From: Macrostomum lignano | Taxonomy: Eukaryota | Direction of reading: 5' to 3' | DNA: 64,000 bases | NCBI GenBank assembly: GCA_002269645.1 | Contig: NIVC01000299.1 | Location: 124,001 to 188,000, forward strand | Shown: piece after piece, positions 26,047 through 37,201 of the stretch | Numbering within the stretch: the first letter of the stretch is position 1 | How the letters are laid out: every line of letters begins with the position of its first letter | Notes under the pieces: generated by a model | Told to the model about the DNA's origin: nothing | The model's database searches: none | The model's input: only the letters and a program-made list of their open reading frames with translations | Program-made: the position numbers and the translations under genes

Positions 26047-26728
26047 GGGTCGCTTTCATAAGACCTAAATTTCACAACGCCTAAAACCACCACACTTCAC
26101 AACGCCTAAATTTCATATCGCCTAAATTTCACAACGCCTAAAATATTTGCACGCTCTTTCACATCGCCTAAATTTCATATCGCCTAAACTTCATAACGCC
26201 TAAATTTCACAACGCCTAAAATCTTTGCTTCTCTCCTTCACATTCAGTTTTAGGTGTTGTGAAATTTAGGCGATATGAAGTTTAGGCGATATGAAATTTA
26301 GGCGATATGAAATTTAGGCGATGTGAAAGAGCGTGCAAATATTTTAGGCGTTGTGAAATTTAGGCGATATGAAGTAGGATGCATTTTCGGTTTTAGGCGT
26401 TGTGAAATTTAGGCGATATGAAGTAGGATGCATTTTCGGTTTTAGGCGTTATGAAATTTAGGCGATATGAAATTTAGGCGATATGAAGTAGGATGCATTT
26501 TCGGTTTTAGGCGTTATGAAATTTAGGCGATATGAAATTTAGGCGATGTAAAGGAGCGTGCAGAAATTTTAGGCGTTGTGAAATTTAGGCGATGTTAAAT
26601 TTTGGCGTTGTGAAGGAGGCTGCATTTTCGATTTTAGGCGTTGTGAAATTTAGGCGTTTTGAAATTTAGGTGATGTGAAGTCATGTGCTTTAGGCGTTGT
26701 GAAATTTAGGTCTTATGAAGCGCCCCCC
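26047..26728. mobile_element. Non-autonomous foldback DNA transposon with 8-bp TSD (MULE/Merlin-like)
   Basis: TSD TGCTCGAG at 26039-26046 and 26729-26736. Termini GGGTCGCTTTCATAAGACCTAAATTTC and GAAATTTAGGTCTTATGAAGCGCCCCCC. The internal AAATTTAGGCG(A/T)T subrepeats flip orientation near 26245. Confidence 0.85.
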
Positions 26729-26861
26729 TGCTCGAGATGCTCTGTCGGTTTAGCGGGCATGTAAAACGCAACATGAAATGATAGCCGCAAGTTTGAAGGT
26801 TCTGCGTGTTTTGAGGGTGCGATCGATGACTAATTAAATGTACTCGTAGTCTCTATTTTTT

Positions 26862-28083
26862 CTGTGTCTACCTATGTTTCCATGTGTCTCCCTGTCTTTT
26901 CTCTGTGTCTTCCAGTATCTCCCTGTCTTTTCTCAGTGTCTTCCTGTGTCTCCCTGTGTCTTCATGTGTCTCTCTGTGTCTCCCTGTGTCTTCATGTGTC
27001 TCCCTGTGTCTTCATGTGTCTCTCTGTGTCTCACTGTGTCTCCGTGTCTTTTCTCTGTCTCCCTGTGTCTCCTGAAAGACCGGAAGACTGAAAGACTGGA
27101 AGACTGAAAGACTGGAAGACTGGAAGACCGGAATACCGGAAGAGAGGAAGACCGGAAGACCGGAAGACGGGAAGACTGGAAGACTGGAACACTGGAAGAC
27201 CGGAAGACTGGAAGAGCAGAAGACTGGAAGACTGGAAGACTGGAAGACCGGAAGACTGGAAGACCGGAAGACTGGAAGAGCAGAAGACTGGAAGACTGGA
27301 AGACTGGAAGACCGGAATACCGGAAGAGAGGAAGACGGGGAGACCGGAAGACTGGAAGAATGGAAGACCGGAATACCGGAAGAGAGGAAGACCGGAAGAC
27401 CGGAAGACTGGAAGAATGGAAGACCGGAATACCGGAAGAGAGGAAGACCGGAAGACTGGAAGACGGGAAGACTGGAAGACCGGAAGACTGGAAGACCGGA
27501 AGACTGGAAGAGCAGAAGACTGGAAGACTGGAAGACTGGAAGACCGGAATACCGGAAGAGAGGAAGACGGGGGACCGGAAGACTGGAAGAATGGAAGACC
27601 GGAATACCGGAAGAGAGGAAGACGGGGGACCGGAAGACTGGAAGAATGGAAGACCGGAATACCGGAAGAGAGGAAGACGGGAAGACCGGAAGACGGGAAG
27701 ACTGGAAGACTGGAAGACTGGAAGACTGGAAGACCGGAAGACTGGAAGAGCAGAAGACTGGAAGACTGGAAGACTGGAAGACTGGAAGACTGGAAGACTG
27801 GAAGACCGGAACACTGGAAGACTGGAAGACTGGAAGACCGGAAGACTGCAGGAAGACTGGAAGACTGGGAGACCGGAAGACTGGAAGACTGGAAGACTGG
27901 AAGACTGGAAGACCGGAAGACTGGAAGACCGGAAGACTGGAAGACCGGAAGACTGGAAGACTGGAAGACTGGAAGACCGGAATACCGGAAGAGAGGAAGA
28001 TAAGAAGACTGGAAGACTGGAAGACCGGAAGCTGGAAGACCGGAAGACTGGAAGACCGGAAGACTGGAAGACTGGAAGACCGG
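26862..28083. repeat. CT/GT-rich tract followed by ~1-kb purine-rich 8-bp satellite (GAC(T/C)GGAA)
   Basis: Directly visible; source of several spurious ORFs. Confidence 0.95.
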
Positions 28084-28139
28084 CAAGGAAGCCGTTGGTG
28101 TTCTGCTTGTTTATGGCGCCACGTACACGCAGCTTACTT

Positions 28140-28624
28140 AGAGTGAAGGGCAAGCATCTAATGCCAGGATCGCAGGATCTTCGTGAGAAAGTGAGACAGT
28201 GAGAGCTTCGTTAGAATGATTTGACGATGGGGTGCCAGAGAGACCTGACAGTCTCCAGGCAGGGCCACATTCAGTGTCGTGTTCTCGAAGGTCGCAAAGC
28301 AGATCGTGCCAGGCTATCGGCGGTTTTAGACTCCCGAACCAGCCGAGAGGCTTCGGCGCTGGCGGCAAGCCATTGCTCACGGTTTTCGGAGACCGAGCGC
28401 CGCAGGGGGTTGCGGCGCTTGATGGCAGCGCGAGCTTCGGGAGTCAAGCCACGTTTGTTGCTTGATGCTCTTTGGAACAGTCTTGCCCACGTGCTCATGG
28501 CCGTGCTGTGCATTAGGTTGGTGAAGTGCAAGGCATTTGTGCACCGAGAGAGAGTGGAGATTGTGCGGTCGTCTGCAGGCAACCCAACCAGTGAGGCCCG
28601 GGGCGACCTCTCGGCGTTTCATTG
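28140..28624 (-). pseudogene. Frameshifted non-LTR retrotransposon (LINE, jockey/I-group-like) ORF2 linker fragment
   Basis: Joining the minus frames gives ...HVGKTVPKSIKQQTW/LTPEARAAIKRRN.LRRSVSENREQWLAASAEASRLVRESK..W..LL.DL...AWR.SGLSGTP...NEAL. This resembles the endonuclease-RT linker of LINEs (recalled similarity). Confidence 0.55.
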
Positions 28625-29400
28625 TGAGGCAGGCCCAATATTCTTATACGTATACCATTTCGAATTTACGCCAAATTTCTTAGTTACCGAATTATTTTGT
28701 TTAAACGAAACATTTGTTATAACGAAGAATAATTATTTTGTTTAAATTGATGAAGTAATATTTTGTTTAAACACGTCCCGCGCACCCGTCCCCCCCTCAG
28801 TAAAACCTATAAATACAAGCGTTTTCGGGCTTTAAAACTTCGCCCGCCGTTTCCTTGATTCGGTTAAGAAAAGCAAAACGTGTTGTCTTAGTCACTGGAA
28901 AGCAAGACAGGAGAGAAAGCTGTTAGAAGTAAGAAAGCTGTAAGAAGCCAGAAAAAGCCGTAAGAGGCCAGGAAAGCTGTAAGAAGCCAGAAATAGACGG
29001 TTGACGAGTCGGGCAACTCCTTCCCAGGGAGCCCGCAACTAAATATAGGGAATTAATAGTAGTAATAATAATAGTAGTGAGATTCATAACTACATGTAGA
29101 CCAGTGTTTGCCGCTCGACACTGCTACCAGGGCGACTTGCATAGATTCAAGGAGTCCTTAGATTAGAATTCTAGACTTGATATTTTCTAAGAAGCAGCAA
29201 TTGACTAAGCAATTTTATGGAGTAATAACTATTCTAAATTACAACAACTTGATTCTGTAGTGTGATTATAAACTAGGAAGTGTATAGCCCTGGTACAACT
29301 TGGTAACAGCAGTGGGATCTTAACAGACAGAAATACCCCCTGCAACAACTTGGTGGCATAGTGGAATAAAAATACAATAATAGTAAAGACACCTACAACA
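28625..29400 (+). repeat. 5' LTR
   Basis: TGAGGCAGG...CCTACAACA; TATAAATA at 28808; three TTTTGTTTAAA motifs in U3. Confidence 0.95.
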
Positions 29401-29403
29401 ACT

Positions 29404-29415
29404 TGGTGGCAGCGG
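29404..29415 (+). other. Primer-binding site complementary to the tRNA-Leu 3' end
   Basis: TGGTGGCAGCGG, 3 nt after the LTR end, matches the reverse complement of the metazoan tRNA-Leu(AAG/TAG) end CCGCTGCCACCA. Confidence 0.85.
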
Positions 29416-29551
29416 AAAGGGATTGGAATCCGACTAAGTCGACCGCTAAAGCGAATAACGTGAGAGTACAGCGAATAACGTGAGAGTACAGCGAATAACG
29501 TGAGAGTACAGCGAATAACGTGAGAGTACAGCAATTAACGTGAGAGTACAG

Positions 29552-30451
29552 ATGGCAGCACTTAATGACGCTATAGGTTTATTAGCAGAGGAACTTAGGA
29601 ACAGGCTAGAGTTAGGGCCCATGAGACATGTAAAGATTCAAAAGTACACCCCTAGCCAGGATGTACGAATTTGGTTGACTGCATTCGATCAAAGGTGTGA
29701 TCAGGAAGGAATAGATCAGGAGCACAGGAAAACTGAACTTCTAGCTAACCTAGATCTGTCAACTGCATTCGCTGCAGTACAGCGATTAAATTTACCCGAG
29801 GATTTGACGTATGAGGAATTTAAGGAGAGATTGGTGGAAAGATTTGGCCGGATTGGTAGCTCATCTGAGTGCAGAGAGGAGTTCAGAGGTAGGATGCAGG
29901 GTAGAAACGAGGCAACCGACGTGTTCGCCGATGCTTTGATCGAACTAGCAGCTAGGGCGTTCCCAAATATGAACGCAGAACAGCGTGAAGAGGAAGTAAT
30001 CGAGCAATTTATCAAGGGAGTAAGAATTTCCTCCGATACCCGGGAGAAACTCATTTTTGCTCAGCCCACTAGCCTGCAGGAGGCCAGACGCATGCTTAGG
30101 AGAATAGAAGCAGCCTGGCATATGTCGCATAAGAACGGTGTCAGAGTCGTGAGAGACGAAGATGATGAGAAGAGCAAGCTAGAAAAGCTAATTAAGCAGC
30201 AGAAATCTGAGCTCGAAGAGCAGAAGAAGCTAATTCAGGAACTGCAAGCTGAAAAGCAGCAGCCGCCAGTTACTCAGACTAGGCCGCAATACTATCAGCC
30301 AAGAGTTCAGGCGTTCCAGCCACAGCTTCGCCCGCTGATGCAGCAGCAGATAAGGAGGCAGATTCCGTGGAAGCCAACACAGAATGTAGTGCGACCTGGC
30401 TTTAACAACCAGAGTCGATTCCCTGCCCGCAACCCCAATCAGGGAAACTAG
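29552..30451 (+). CDS. gag: Gag polyprotein
   Basis: 300-codon ORF with Ty3 capsid-like motifs (WLTAFDQRC, FRGRMQGRNE, EQFIKG); preceded by 20-bp leader repeats at 29451-29550. Confidence 0.9.
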   Translation: MAALNDAIGLLAEELRNRLELGPMRHVKIQKYTPSQDVRIWLTAFDQRCDQEGIDQEHRKTELLANLDLSTAFAAVQRLNLPEDLTYEEFKERLVERFGRIGSSSECREEFRGRMQGRNEATDVFADALIELAARAFPNMNAEQREEEVIEQFIKGVRISSDTREKLIFAQPTSLQEARRMLRRIEAAWHMSHKNGVRVVRDEDDEKSKLEKLIKQQKSELEEQKKLIQELQAEKQQPPVTQTRPQYYQPRVQAFQPQLRPLMQQQIRRQIPWKPTQNVVRPGFNNQSRFPARNPNQGN

Positions 30452-30515
30452 GATTCGAGGGTCGATATTCGAGGCCACGTCCCTCTGGGAAACCCCAAAG
30501 CGAAGCTCAGGCCTC
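30442..30515 (+). other. -1 programmed ribosomal frameshift signal
   Basis: G GGA AAC (30442-30448) sits in the gag frame directly before the TAG, and the pol frame is -1 and open from here. Potential pseudoknot: 30457-61 pairs with 30481-85, and 30471-76 pairs with 30510-15. Confidence 0.75.
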
Positions 30516-33500
30516 TCATTTCTCCCGCAAACCCGTTTTCAACCCACTCCCTGGAGGATGGCGACAAGTCCCATTTTCCAGGAATTCAATGCGTAATGCA
30601 CCAATGCGTAATGCACCAACGCGTAATGCACCTGTAAACAGCGCGTCTCCCATCGCGCTATCTCCTAATATGTTTGAGTTATTGGCGTCAGAGCCCAGTG
30701 AGTCAGATGCAAAAGCATCAGCATCTGAGTTGACAAAGTCCCCAGTGACTAAGCCAGCAAATGCAAAGCAGAAGGCGAGGAAATCTCGCAAAGCGAAATA
30801 TCGTGAAGCTAAGAAAGCAGCTGAGAAAACAAAAGTTGATTTGATAAGCGAGAAAAGTAGCGAAGCAATTGTCTTTGGAGACGTTGAAGGTCAAGAAATT
30901 GACTTCTTGCTTGACACCGGAGCCGGAAACTGCTTCCTGAGCAAGTCAGTATGGTCCAAGGTGATCAAGACAGAGCAAATCCGAGAAACCAATAAGAGAG
31001 TTACCACATTTGATGGTTCCTCAGTGCAGCTAGAAGGAGAAGCTAGTGTGTCTGTAACCTTTGGAGATATTCAAATTAATACCAGCTTTTTGCTGTGCAG
31101 CTATGAATGTGATAACATTCTTGGCATGGACTTCTTCCTTTCCCACTGTAAGAGCATTGATTTAGACAATGGCATGCTTGTACTAAAAAGAGGCCTCTGT
31201 GTGCCTATGCAGTACACTCGCCAAGCAGTTAGAATTTGCCGAGTTTATACTCGAGAAAAGGCAGTAGTACCTGCTAATAGTGCATTGAGAGTTCCCATTA
31301 GGCTAGCGAAAGACCATGAGCCCAATCATGGCACTCCTATGACAGTAGAAGTGATCGGAGAAGGCGTGAGAGCCAAGGAATTGACAGTAGAGATGGTTCC
31401 GACATTGGTCACCATGAGAGACGGCAGTGCCATCGTGGAGATCGTGAATCGACACTCTGTCGACGTGAGACTGCCGAAGTCGACATTGATTGGTCTGGCC
31501 AAGCCCATGAGAGCCAAGGACCTCGTCTACTGGTCAGCATCGCCTTCCGCCGCCGAATCAGCTTCGCCGACAATTGCCGAAGATGCCGCACAACCCGCCG
31601 GACGTGTCAATCAAGCTCAGGCAACTGAAGATGCTTGGGTGAGCGAAATTAGTATTGGTGCCGATTTATCTGAAAGTCAGCGAAAAGCAGTAATTGATCT
31701 CGTGAGAGAGAATAGAGAAGCATTTTCCCAGCATGATTTAGACATGGGATTGACTCATCTAGTCACTCATGAAATTTCCCTGAAAGACGAGACCCCTGTT
31801 AGAATCCCTACCCGCCGCATCCCCCCTCATCTCCAAAAACAAGTCGACGCCCAGCTAGACGACATGCTAGCCAAGAATCTCATTCACCCTGCTATTCTAC
31901 CTATTCTACCCCATTAGTCATTGTGCCAAAGAAGGATGGCACCATCCGAATAGTGAGTGATTTCCAAGTGCTCAACTCTAGAGTTAACTATTTTCCCTAT
32001 CCCCTCCCCAATATTCAAGAAACTTTTTCTAATATTACTGGCAGTAGGTACTTTAGTAGTTTAGATCTTAACTCAGGTTATTGGCAAGTGCCTATAAAGG
32101 AAGAGCATAAGTTCATGACCGCGTTCTCTACTCTGACGCGAGGACAGTTTGAGTACCAGGTTATGGCGCAAGGGTTATCCAACGCGCCCGGTACATTTCA
32201 AAGACTGATGAACTTAGTGCTAGCCGGAATCCAGCATAAGTTTGCAATGTCGTATATTGACGATATAGTTACTTACTCGAAGCAATTTGAGGAGCATTTA
32301 TCCCACCTAAGAGAGGTGTTTCAGAGATTGATCACCGCAGGTTTAAAGTTGAGAGCGAAAAAGTGCAACTTATTTCACTCTGAACTCAAGTATCTAGGCC
32401 ATGTGATAGGCAGAGATGGCATTCGCACAGACGAAGCCAAGATTGAAGCCATTAGGACCTGGCCAAAGCCAAAGGAAGTAAAGGAATTGAGAAGCTTTCT
32501 AGGATTGTGCAATTACTACAGCAGATTTGTCAAAAATTATGCTGAAGTAGCGCATCCTCTTTTCCAACTGACTCGTAAGGGAGTTCAAAACTTCCAAGCA
32601 AAATGGACAGCAAAGCATGATGAAGCGTTTGAGCTATTGAAAACCCGTATGATGAGTACTGAAGTATTAGCGTACCCTGAGTTCATAGACAATGAGAAGG
32701 TGAAGATGGTTCTCGATGTAGACGCCAGTGATGGACGCATAGGTGCCTGTTTGGGACAAATCCAATCAGACGGTGTCGAGAGACCAATCGCCTACTTTAG
32801 TCGCGCTATGAAGGAGTCAGAGAAACGCTATCCCATAACTCGCAAGGAGTTGCTAGCTCTAGTAGATGCCATGAGGCATTTCCGCTTCCATCTAATAGGA
32901 AAGAAATTTCTAGCTAGGACCGACCATAAGGCTATACTTTGGTTATTAAGGCAGACAGAAGCCCAGGGCATTTTAGGCAGATGGATTGAGCGCCTCAACG
33001 AGTTTCAATTTGAAATTGAGCATAGGAGTGGCGCGAAACATTCAAATGCCGATAGCTTGTCCCGAAGGCCAGCCGAGGCTGCCCAGCCAGATAGTAAAGC
33101 CGATGAGAAGGCGGAAGCCGAGACAAAGAGTCAAGAGATAAGCAAAATCACCAGCAAAGGCGTAAGAGCCGAAGTGAACCAAGAGATAAGAACTGATAAA
33201 GAGGAGTTTATCCCCAGCGAACGCGTGTGTGCAAAGCAGAACCAGAATGGGAAGGCTAAGGACAGCATGAGCGATCTGATCCAGCCCCCCACTGAGCTGA
33301 GAGAAGGAGAGACCAACCCCCCTGAGCCACAGAGGAATAAAATAGTCTCTGGTGAGAAGAGTGTAAGGATTGACAGTGTGAAAACACAGAGCTCCTGCGT
33401 TATGCAATCGAGCAGAGTCACCCCACAATCTGAGCATAGTGAGGAGTATGGCACGCTGAAGGTTGGAGCATTATTAGTTGACTTCCTACCCAACCCCCTG

Positions 33501-35213
33501 CGGAGAGAGCAGATCGTTAATGCCCAGCGAGAAGACCCCAATATTCTCACTTTGCTAAATTGCAAACTCGAAGGAAAGGAACCCCCCGCCGAGCAAAAGA
33601 GTATTAGCTCAGAATTAAGGCAGTTGAGCAAATTTTACGAGAAAATGAAAATCGAAAGCGATATGCTTGTTATTGAAGAAGAAGGAGTAAGCAAAATTGT
33701 ATTGCCAGTGTCGCTAGACAAATTAGTGCTGGCTGATCTACACGTTAGCCCACTAGCAGGACACTTGGGTCGTGATAAAACAGTGCAAAGAGTTAGGGAG
33801 AGATTCTGGAGACCCGGCTTAGTAACAGCCATTGAGAAGTACATATCTGAGTGTATTCCGTGTTTGGAAAGCAAAAGAGGATGCCCTGTTCAGGCTCCAG
33901 TGCAGTCATTCCCAGTCAACGAGGCATTCCACCGCCTGCATATCGATATCATAGGCCCCATTTCCAAGGAAAGCAGGAGAGGCCATAGATATGTGCTGAC
34001 TGTAGTTGATAGCACTACCCGCTACCCATTCGCGTTCCCAATCCGTAACCAGAAGTCTGACACAGTGATTAAGATCCTACAGGAGCGAATTTTCAGCGAA
34101 TACGGTCAATGCCATTGGATACATACTGACAATGGGAAAACCTTCACAAGCAGACAGTTCAAAGCGTTTTGCGATTTGTACAATGTTAAACACACTTGTA
34201 CCACCCCGTACCATGCCCAAAGTAATGGCTTGGTAGAGAGGTTTAACAAGCAAGTGAAATCCATCATTACCTGTTTAATTAAGAAGGACCATAGCAATTG
34301 GGATCTAATGATTCCCGCAGCGCTTGTTGCAGTGCGCACTAGTGTGAATCAAACCACAGGCTATTCACCCTATTTCCTGTTATTCGGAAGGGAGCCAGTT
34401 TTGCCACTAGACAGTCAAATTCGCCAGCCAAATCAGTACTCAGGCTATCCAGCCTATGTCGCAGATCATGCCGAAAGGCTAGAAATTGCCAGAAAAATCG
34501 TGAGAGATAAGCTCGAGAAAGTTGCTGATAATAGAAAGAATATTGCTGAAACAGCCAAGCAGCCTAAGGAAGTACCAGTAGGGAGTTTAGCGTTATTAAA
34601 TAACCCGCAGTTAGACAATGAGGAGTCTAACAAATTTCACAGAAAGAAGAGAGCCGCCTATAGAGTGATCGAACAGATCTCAGACGTAGTGTTTAGAGTG
34701 CAGAAAGAAGAGGATGGTGAGCTTGTAGGGAATAAATTATTAGTGCATAGGGACAATTTAACACTAGTTCCTAATTCGACCGCAGAATTGCCAATTAAGG
34801 GAAGCCAGCAGGAGAGGCGCCGGAAGAAAAATCAGTCAAGGAGGGAACCTAAAGCTAAGGGAAGCCACCCGCCGAGGAAGCCTAAGGAGATAGTGATTAG
34901 TGAAGAGTCTGAGTATGACACTGAATCTGAGGATGAGCGAGTGCAATGGCAATGCCAAATGAGAGAGTCCGAAACGGAACCAGCAACTGAGAGCGAAGAT
35001 GAGAGCCAAGAGTCAGAGAGTGCAGTAGAAGAAGAAGGAATAATGAGCAATGCAGAAGACACCAGAGAGAACAATGAGATTGAGCATGAGCACGAGGAAG
35101 CTAATTCAGAGAGGAGATACAATACACGCAGGCAGGTCAGGCCCCCCAAGTGCTATTGTTGCTTGAAGCGGCTGGCCACTGTGCTGTCGTTGTTGGGCAA
35201 TCTCAGTTTCTGA
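30442..35213 (+). CDS. pol: Pol polyprotein (protease, RT, RNase H, integrase), interrupted by one 1-nt deletion at ~31894
   Basis: Protease FLLDTGAG; RT LDLNSGYWQV, QGLSNAPGTF and YIDD; RNase H DVDAS/KELLA/RTDH; integrase HHCC plus IDIIG, TDNG and LVERFN. Adding one A restores PANSTYSTPLVIVPKKDG. Confidence 0.93.
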
Positions 35214-35433
35214 GTGGAGGAGAAGGGAGGAAGGAGAAGGAGTGAGAGCCAATGAGAGGAGGCGTAGAGGTGAAGGGATTTCGAGGCCGTGGATAGGAGG
35301 AGAGAGGCGAAGAGGCCGACAGACAACAAGGAAGAATCATCAGCCAATGAGAGAAGACCTGCCATTTAAAACAAATATTTGTTTAAATAAACTCGAAACT
35401 TAATACCCCCCCAAAGTGGAATGTTTGCAAATC

Positions 35434-35464
35434 TATATAAGCGAGATCCCTGACGCAATCAGTT
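35434..35464 (+). promoter_or_regulatory. Putative internal TATA/Inr promoter for ORF3
   Basis: TATATAA at 35434-35440 and TCAGTT at 35459-35464 (A +1 is 27 nt from the TATA start), about 75 nt before the ORF3a ATG. Confidence 0.55.
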
Positions 35465-35534
35465 CCTCATCCTCAACAGAGCAATAAGGCAGCAATTAAG
35501 TAGCAATAAAGAAGCAGTCAAGAGCAAATCCGTT

Positions 35535-36008
35535 ATGGATAAAGAAAACGAAGAGTTAAATATTTTAGCAGACGGTAGTGAATTTGACGATCTATTAAAA
35601 GAGCTTGAAGGGCCTTGGCCCATGCAGCAAGATGAGCAAACTGAGAAACCACAGCCAGAGCGTTCAGCGCAGCAAAACGAGCAAGAACAGCTAGCTGAGG
35701 CTCCGTCGCAGCCGCCTGCTACGCAGCAGCCTGCTCCGACGCTGGCACCGCCGTCAGAGCCATTACGGGAGCGTCAGCCAGCTGACCTGCCCGGGCCCTC
35801 GCAGCCACCGGAGCCCTCCACCAAGCCAAAGCGACCTGCTGCAGAAACGGATCAGGGTACACAAGCAAAGAGGCCGGCCCCGTCAAGGCTGCCAGTGTCC
35901 CAGGATCCAGCAGCACGACAGGAGCTCGTTAGAGTGAAGTCGGTGCAGTCCGTGGTGGTGAAGCCGACGGTTATGAAGAGGCACCCGGCGGCGCGCGGCC
36001 CACACTGA
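35535..36008 (+). CDS. Gypsy accessory ORF3a, acidic then Pro/Gln-rich 157-aa protein of unknown function
   Basis: ATG-initiated ORF inside the element after pol; its stop overlaps the next ATG (TGATG at 36006-36010). Confidence 0.55.
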   Translation: MDKENEELNILADGSEFDDLLKELEGPWPMQQDEQTEKPQPERSAQQNEQEQLAEAPSQPPATQQPAPTLAPPSEPLRERQPADLPGPSQPPEPSTKPKRPAAETDQGTQAKRPAPSRLPVSQDPAARQELVRVKSVQSVVVKPTVMKRHPAARGPH

Positions 36009-37201
36009 TGTTAGCTGCCCCGCCTCAGCAGCAGCGGCCAGCTCAGCGGTCGCAGCCATCACAGCCTCGTCGTATGGCGTCGCGAATCGAAGTCCGACAG
36101 CAGCTGCCAGTGCACCGCAGGCTGGCTCCGCGGCCGCCGCCACAGCAGCGTCAGCAGTCGCCGCCGCGGCACCGCCACCAGTCTCCACCGCGGCATCATC
36201 AGCAGCCACCGCCGTCTCAGCATCATCAGCAGCCACCGCCGTCTCAGCATCATCAGCAGCCACCGCCGTCTCAGCATCATCAGCAGCCACCGCCGTCTCA
36301 GCATCATCAGCAGCCACCGCCGTCTTAGCATCATCAGCAGCCACCGCCGTCTCAGCATCATCAGCAGCCACCGCCGTCTCAGCATCATCAGCAGCCACCG
36401 CCGTCTCAGCATCATCAGCAGCCACCGCCGTCTCAGCATCATCAGCAGCCACCGCCGTCTCAGCATCATCAGCAGCCACCGCCGTCTCAGCATCATCAGC
36501 AGCCACCGCCGTCTCAGCATCATCAGCAGCCACCGCCGTCTCAGCATCATCAGCAGCCACCGCCGTCTTAGCATCATCAGCAGCCACCGCCGTCTCAGCA
36601 TCATCAGCAGCCACCGCCGTCTCAGCATCATCAGCAGCCACCGCCGTCTCAGCATCATCAGCAGCCACCGCCGTCTCAGCATCATCAGCAGCCACCGCCG
36701 TCTCAGCATCATCAGCAGCCACCGTCGCATCAGCAGCCGCCACCGCAGACTGCAGTGCCACCACAGGCGTCAACCTGCCGCGCAGCTGCAAGTTATTTGT
36801 TTGCCCCCGGCAACCAAGACATCCAAAGGCTTGCTGCGATGGGCGCCGATTTCAGCGCTATCATGGACGGTCTGTCGCCAGAGCAGCAGGCAAGAATGAA
36901 GCGACTGATTGCGGCCCTGAAGGAGTATCTAATGCGAATCGGCCACTTGCGGTTGGACCGGCCGCTGCCACAGCGGGCCCAGGTCCGGCCAGCTTGCATT
37001 GTGCTTCGCCAAGAGTTCACGCCTGAGCAAGCTGTCGCGGCTTGGCGCCGCGCTGTGAACTACGTACTTCATGACCTGAATGCGGCTGGCCAGCCGTACT
37101 TTCACACGCTGCTTATTATCGAGATTAAGTGGCTCGCCGAGCAAGTCGGATGGCTTCTACGCGACCTTTTGCCGGACGAATTTAATCTGAACGATAATTA
37201 G
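36008..37201 (+). CDS. Gypsy accessory ORF3b: (HHQQPPPSQ)x~20 repeat plus ~130-aa helical C-terminal domain; two CAG>TAG stops in the repeat
   Basis: The track ORFs 36008-36328 and 36755-37201 share one frame, broken only by TAG variants at 36326 and 36568 of a 27-bp repeat (36192-36725). No signal peptide or TM segment, so not env. Confidence 0.55.

Noticed and set aside
26864-28202. Long ORFs (406, 351, 280 aa) with EDWKTGR/LPVFQSS repeats
   Set aside because: Translations of the 8-bp satellite, open in several frames on both strands, with no splice or domain support.
35883-36791. 302-aa antisense ORF (AVAADDAET)n and the LLMMLRRRW ORF
   Set aside because: A consequence of a stop-free 27-bp unit. 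The sense frame has unique flanking domains and a promoter, and the antisense has neither.
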